Assembly (NCBI GenBank): GCA_963719945.1
Contig: CAVRDX010000004.1
Span: forward strand, 288,001 to 352,000
DNA: 64,000 nucleotides
Origin: an uncultured Thermoplasmata archaeon
Lineage (GTDB): Archaea; Thermoplasmatota; Thermoplasmata; UBA10834
Reading direction: 5' to 3'
Made by a program: the position numbers and the translations under genes. The notes under the pieces were generated by a model. It worked only from the letters and a program-made list of their open reading frames with translations. It was not told where the DNA came from and made no database searches. Shown one piece after another: positions 59,894 to 64,000 of this stretch (the stretch's first letter is position 1; every line of letters begins with the position of its first letter).

Positions 59894-61180
59894 TCATTCC
59901 GCGGCATGCATCTTCTTGCCAACACTGTTCTTGCCCAGTATCAGCAGCAGCGGTACCGCGACCAATGCCATGACTGCTCCGTATGTGAAGGTTGCAGACG
60001 GTCCGTAACCGTCCCAGAGGAGCCCAGCTATTATGCCTCCTGGGAGCATGACAAGCCCCACTGCCGTGTGGAACGCTCCTAGTGCGGAGCCTCTGAGGTC
60101 CCGTGGGACGAAATCCACCACATATGCTTTGAGCACACCCTCAGACGATCCTTTGTAGACACCGAACAGCGAGAAGCCAAGTATGAGCAGCAGCAGAGAG
60201 TGCGCCGAGGCCATTACCATCGATGTGACGGCGAACAGCAGGAAAGACACCACGATGACCGGTTTTCTCCCGATCCTGTCCGATAGGCTGCCTGATGGTA
60301 TGGCTACGAGGACGAAGACTATGTTGAACAGGACATAGAGGAGGATCGCTGTGACATTTGAGAACTCTGAGTCGATCGCCTGGAGGATGAAGAAAGCGTA
60401 GCTGATCTCGCCGATATAGAAGACCATCACGACAACGATTATCGACCAGAAATCCTTGCTCAGGCCCCGCATCTCAGCGACGAACTTGCGCTTTCTGGTG
60501 GTTCGTGCGCCCGCCTTCTCCTTGACGAACAGTGCGACGAGGACGGCGGCGAACGCGGGTATCGTTGCGAAGATGAATATGAGTCTGTACTGGGAAAGCT
60601 CCTCCATACTGGATGCATAGGCGAGTATTATCAGCGCGATGATCGGGCCTATCACTGCGCCCGTCGAATCCATCGCCTTGTGGAACCCGAATGCCTTGCC
60701 CATCTTCTCAGGCGCTGTCGAATCCGCTATGAGCGCATCCCTGGGTGCGCTCCTTATCCCCTTCCCTATGCGCTCGGTGATCCTGATGCCAAGGACCTGC
60801 CACGGCAGGGTGGCGAGTATCAATCCTGGTTTGACCGCCGAACTTGCCCCGTATCCTCCCAGTATGAATGGCTTGCGCCGGTCGAACCTGTCAGAATACC
60901 ATCCAGAGGCGACCTTGATCAGGGATGCGGTAGTCTCCGCAGCTCCCTCTATCAGCCCGATTACGAGGCCCGTGGCCCCTATGGCCGTCAGGAACATCGG
61001 GAGGATGGGGATGATCATCTCGCTGCTCATGTCCGTGAGCAGGCTCACGATACCGAGGATCAACACGTTCGTGCTGACTCCTGTGAGCAGCCGTTTCTTG
61101 GTCTTGCTGCCTCGAGCGCCTTCACCCTCGACGGTTATGTTCTCGCCCTCTTGTAGATCGGTGAGGGTTGAGCGGCTCAC
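59894..61180 (-). CDS. MFS transporter
   Basis: DMSSEMI, GWYSDRFDRRK, APRDALIA, GSLSDRIGRK. Confidence 0.94.
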   Translation of the reverse strand: MSRSTLTDLQEGENITVEGEGARGSKTKKRLLTGVSTNVLILGIVSLLTDMSSEMIIPILPMFLTAIGATGLVIGLIEGAAETTASLIKVASGWYSDRFDRRKPFILGGYGASSAVKPGLILATLPWQVLGIRITERIGKGIRSAPRDALIADSTAPEKMGKAFGFHKAMDSTGAVIGPIIALIILAYASSMEELSQYRLIFIFATIPAFAAVLVALFVKEKAGARTTRKRKFVAEMRGLSKDFWSIIVVVMVFYIGEISYAFFILQAIDSEFSNVTAILLYVLFNIVFVLVAIPSGSLSDRIGRKPVIVVSFLLFAVTSMVMASAHSLLLLILGFSLFGVYKGSSEGVLKAYVVDFVPRDLRGSALGAFHTAVGLVMLPGGIIAGLLWDGYGPSATFTYGAVMALVAVPLLLILGKNSVGKKMHAAE

Positions 61181-61399
61181 GAGATATTAGGTTATGGCTT
61201 CTGTAAGGGTGGCCACGGTCTTGATACGAATGCCCCGGTCCTGACCACAGTTCTCAGCAAGATGGACACCTCTTCTCGGAAGCCAGAACATGAGATGCTG
61301 AAGGAAAAGCCAGTACTCGATTCTATGGTGCTTCTTCTTACCAGGTTTATAAGTCTATAAAGGACAAGCTTTAAATCAATCAATAGAATATGTGCGACA

Positions 61400-62470
61400 A
61401 TGGTTCCAAGGGAACGCATCCAGAAGATACTCGAGAGCTACGATAGGAACAAGCTCACAATAGCGACAGCGTGCTCTCACACATCTCTTCAGATTTTCGA
61501 CGGTGCCCGAAAAGAAGGTCTTAAGACGCTGGGCATAACCGTCGGTCAGAACACCAAGTTCTACGATGCCTTCCCTAAGGGCAAACCCGATGAGTTCTTC
61601 AAGGTCAAGTCCTACCTCGACCTTCTTGACATGAAAGACGAGCTACTGGCCAGGAACGTCATCATCGTCCCCCACGGCTCGTTCGTCGAGTACATGACTC
61701 CCAGGAACTTCGAGGAACTTGAAGTCCCCACATTCGGGAACAGGCGTGTGCTCGAGTGGGAGAGCAACCGTGAGATGGAGCGCGAATGGCTGACATCCGC
61801 CGGAGTCGAGATGCCGAACAGGATCGAGGACCCGAAGATGATCGACCGGCCTGTCCTCGTGAAGTACGATGGTGCGAAGGGTGGAAGGGGCTTCTTCATC
61901 GCGAAGGATTATCCCGACTTCAAGCTCGGCATAGATCACACGCAGCGCTTCACGATACAGGAATACATCCTCGGCACCAGGTACTACATACACTACTTCT
62001 ACTCGCCAATAAGGTCTGAGGGGTATCAGCTCAAGAAGGGTATCCTCGAGATGCTCAGCGTCGACAGGAGGGACGAGTCGAACGTAGATGAGATGTACAA
62101 GCTAGGCGCGCAGGAAGAACTGAAGAAGCTGGGGTTCTATCCGTCGTTCGTAGTCACCGGCAACATACCGGTCGTCGTGCGCGAGTCATTGCTGCCCAAG
62201 CTCTTGGAGATGGGCGAGAGGATCATCGAACGCTCGATCGATTTGTTCGGCGGCATGATCGGTCCGTTCTGCATAGAGAGCATCGTCACTGATGACCTCA
62301 AGATCAAGGTGTTCGAGATATCGTCCAGGATCGTCGCGGGGACGAACCCGTTCATCTCGGGGTCGCCATACGCGGACCTGATCGAGCCTGGTCTGTCGAC
62401 TGGACGCCGTATCGCCCAGGAACTGAAGTTGGCCAACGAGAAGGACATGCTCATGGAGGTGCTGTCTTGA
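61400..62470 (+). CDS. purP: Formate-dependent FAICAR synthetase (ATP-grasp)
   Basis: CSHTSLQI..GARKEG, PHGSF, GAKGGRG, VVTGNIP..RESLL, FEISSRIVAGTN. Confidence 0.92.
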   Translation: MVPRERIQKILESYDRNKLTIATACSHTSLQIFDGARKEGLKTLGITVGQNTKFYDAFPKGKPDEFFKVKSYLDLLDMKDELLARNVIIVPHGSFVEYMTPRNFEELEVPTFGNRRVLEWESNREMEREWLTSAGVEMPNRIEDPKMIDRPVLVKYDGAKGGRGFFIAKDYPDFKLGIDHTQRFTIQEYILGTRYYIHYFYSPIRSEGYQLKKGILEMLSVDRRDESNVDEMYKLGAQEELKKLGFYPSFVVTGNIPVVVRESLLPKLLEMGERIIERSIDLFGGMIGPFCIESIVTDDLKIKVFEISSRIVAGTNPFISGSPYADLIEPGLSTGRRIAQELKLANEKDMLMEVLS

Positions 62471-63258
62471 ACAGACAATTCTTCTTCATAATTGCGGATT
62501 CTGAACTTGAACTGATTCCTGAGGAGCTGTTGAATGAACGATGCATATTGAACAACGCGCGCGCTCGTGGCAAGGCACCGGAGAAGATACTTCTCGACGC
62601 CTCGCATCACCATCCTGCGTTCACCAAGCTCAGGGAATCCGACAGGCGTGGAAGACCCGATATCATACATTTCTACCTCATGCTGTGCCTCGACTCCGAC
62701 CTGTCCGCTCAGGGCAGGCTCAGGACCTTCGTGCATACGAGGAACGACGATGTCATCGCCATCAACCCGGAGACGAGACTTCCTCCGAGCTTCCCGAGGT
62801 TCGTCGGACTCATCGAGACCGTCTTCGAGAAACAGATAGTCCCGTCGACCGAGAACCCGCTTCTGGAATTGAGGCAGAAAGTCCCTCTCGCGACGCTTGT
62901 GCAGGCGCTCAAGCCAGACACTGTCATAGTGATGGACGACAATGGCGAGAAGGCTGAACTGCTCCCAGAGAAGTTCGCCAACCTCGAAGGAGAGCGCGTA
63001 GTCGTGATCGTCGGAGGTTTCTCGAAAGGGACGTTCCGATCCGATCTTTCGAAACTGAAGCCCATCAGATATTCTCTCGGAGACAGGTTGATGAAGGTCT
63101 GGACGGTCACTTCAAAAGTGCTCTGCGCGATAGACATGTCGGAGAAGATGGCCGATGTGTTCGTGAAGAAACCGGAGTCGGAGCCCAAGCCCAAGGAGAA
63201 GGCAAAGCCTAAGAAAGCTTCAAAACCTCGTCCCGCTCCGAAGAAGAAAGCGGCATAG
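62467..63258 (+). CDS. nep1: 16S rRNA pseudouridine N1-methyltransferase (Nep1/Emg1, SPOUT)
   Basis: LLDASHH, RGRPDIIH, RLP..F.RF.GL, VGGFSKG. Confidence 0.92.
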   Translation: MNRQFFFIIADSELELIPEELLNERCILNNARARGKAPEKILLDASHHHPAFTKLRESDRRGRPDIIHFYLMLCLDSDLSAQGRLRTFVHTRNDDVIAINPETRLPPSFPRFVGLIETVFEKQIVPSTENPLLELRQKVPLATLVQALKPDTVIVMDDNGEKAELLPEKFANLEGERVVVIVGGFSKGTFRSDLSKLKPIRYSLGDRLMKVWTVTSKVLCAIDMSEKMADVFVKKPESEPKPKEKAKPKKASKPRPAPKKKAA

Positions 63259-64000
63259 AGACACCGCCACTTATGGCCACGGACCGGTTCTTTCCGCGGA
63301 CGACCCTGCCGATTATCGCAGCGTCTATCTTTCTTCTATTGAGCGCTCGCACGAAGCGGACGGCATCATCCTTTGAGAATGTGGCGAGGAGTGCCCCGGA
63401 GCCCAGCAGTCCCAGCGGATCGATCCCGTAATGAGCGCAGATCTTGCGCGTCTCATCCAATATCGGCACCTCGTCGATCCAGAGCTCGACCGATTTTCCA
63501 GATGCATCCGCGAGCTCGTTCACGCCCATAGCAACGCCGCCCTCGGTAGGGTCGTGCATCGCATGCACGTGATATTCAAGCGCGAGCAGAGCTTCTCTCG
63601 CGATGGACAGGCCAGGATCCGTCAAGAACCGGGAAGCACGGTCCACGGTCTTCTTGCCGAGAACGCTCAGGAGTTCGGTTCGCCTCTCTCTGGCGATCAG
63701 CGCAGTGCCTTCGATCCCCGCGCCCTTCGTGAGGATGATCGAGTCCCCGACCTTCGCTCCCGAAGTCAATATCGGTTTCCGGCCGATCAGCACTCCGTGC
63801 ATGTCGCCGACGACTATCGGATGATCTATCCCCGGGGTCACTTCGGTATGCCCACCGGTGACCGCCACCCCGAGACCCTTTGCAGCGGACGAGATCTGTT
63901 TGAATATCTCTTCGACGAGTCTCTCATCCGATCCTTCGGGCAGCAATATTGTCGCCTGGAACCAGCAGGGCTTCGCGCCCCTTGTCGCCACATCGTTCGC
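63209..64000 (-). CDS. AIR synthase/HypE-like family protein, 5' end outside window
   Basis: ANDVATRGA at the edge, GGHTEVT, MHDPTEGG, DPLGLLGSG. Confidence 0.88.
   Translation of the reverse strand, partial: ANDVATRGAKPCWFQATILLPEGSDERLVEEIFKQISSAAKGLGVAVTGGHTEVTPGIDHPIVVGDMHGVLIGRKPILTSGAKVGDSIILTKGAGIEGTALIARERRTELLSVLGKKTVDRASRFLTDPGLSIAREALLALEYHVHAMHDPTEGGVAMGVNELADASGKSVELWIDEVPILDETRKICAHYGIDPLGLLGSGALLATFSKDDAVRFVRALNRRKIDAAIIGRVVRGKNRSVAISGGVSMPLSSSERDEVLKLS

Overview
Archaeal chromosomal segment, most consistent with a peptide-fermenting Thermoplasmatota lineage (rpoK-rps2-MEMO1, RPA pair, PurP, Nep1, archaeal SelB-like protein, IorAB, secreted S8 and clostripain proteases, PEF-CTERM surface protein); the taxonomy is inferred from gene content only. 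Main blocks: S8 protease, DASS transporter and a divergent FtsZ (0-5.7 kb); DtxR-FeoA/feoB plus a 12-gene DUF134-led metal/Fe-S cluster operon (5.7-15.1 kb); a two-component signalling cluster next to tRNA-Val(TAC) (15.5-21.8 kb); iorAB and leuCD-like genes; tRNA-Arg(TCG) followed by two single-gene cassettes, each closed by a conserved ~90-bp non-coding element that ends in a copy of the tRNA 3' end (28.1-30.7 kb, the most novel signal); an ABC exporter; a stand-alone ccmF divergent from a surface protein with a non-canonical CxxxCH motif (41.5-45.3 kb); then mostly housekeeping genes. At least eight frameshifts in seven genes each need removal of one base, most likely long-read assembly errors. 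No CRISPR array, rRNA, transposase or integrase was recognised.
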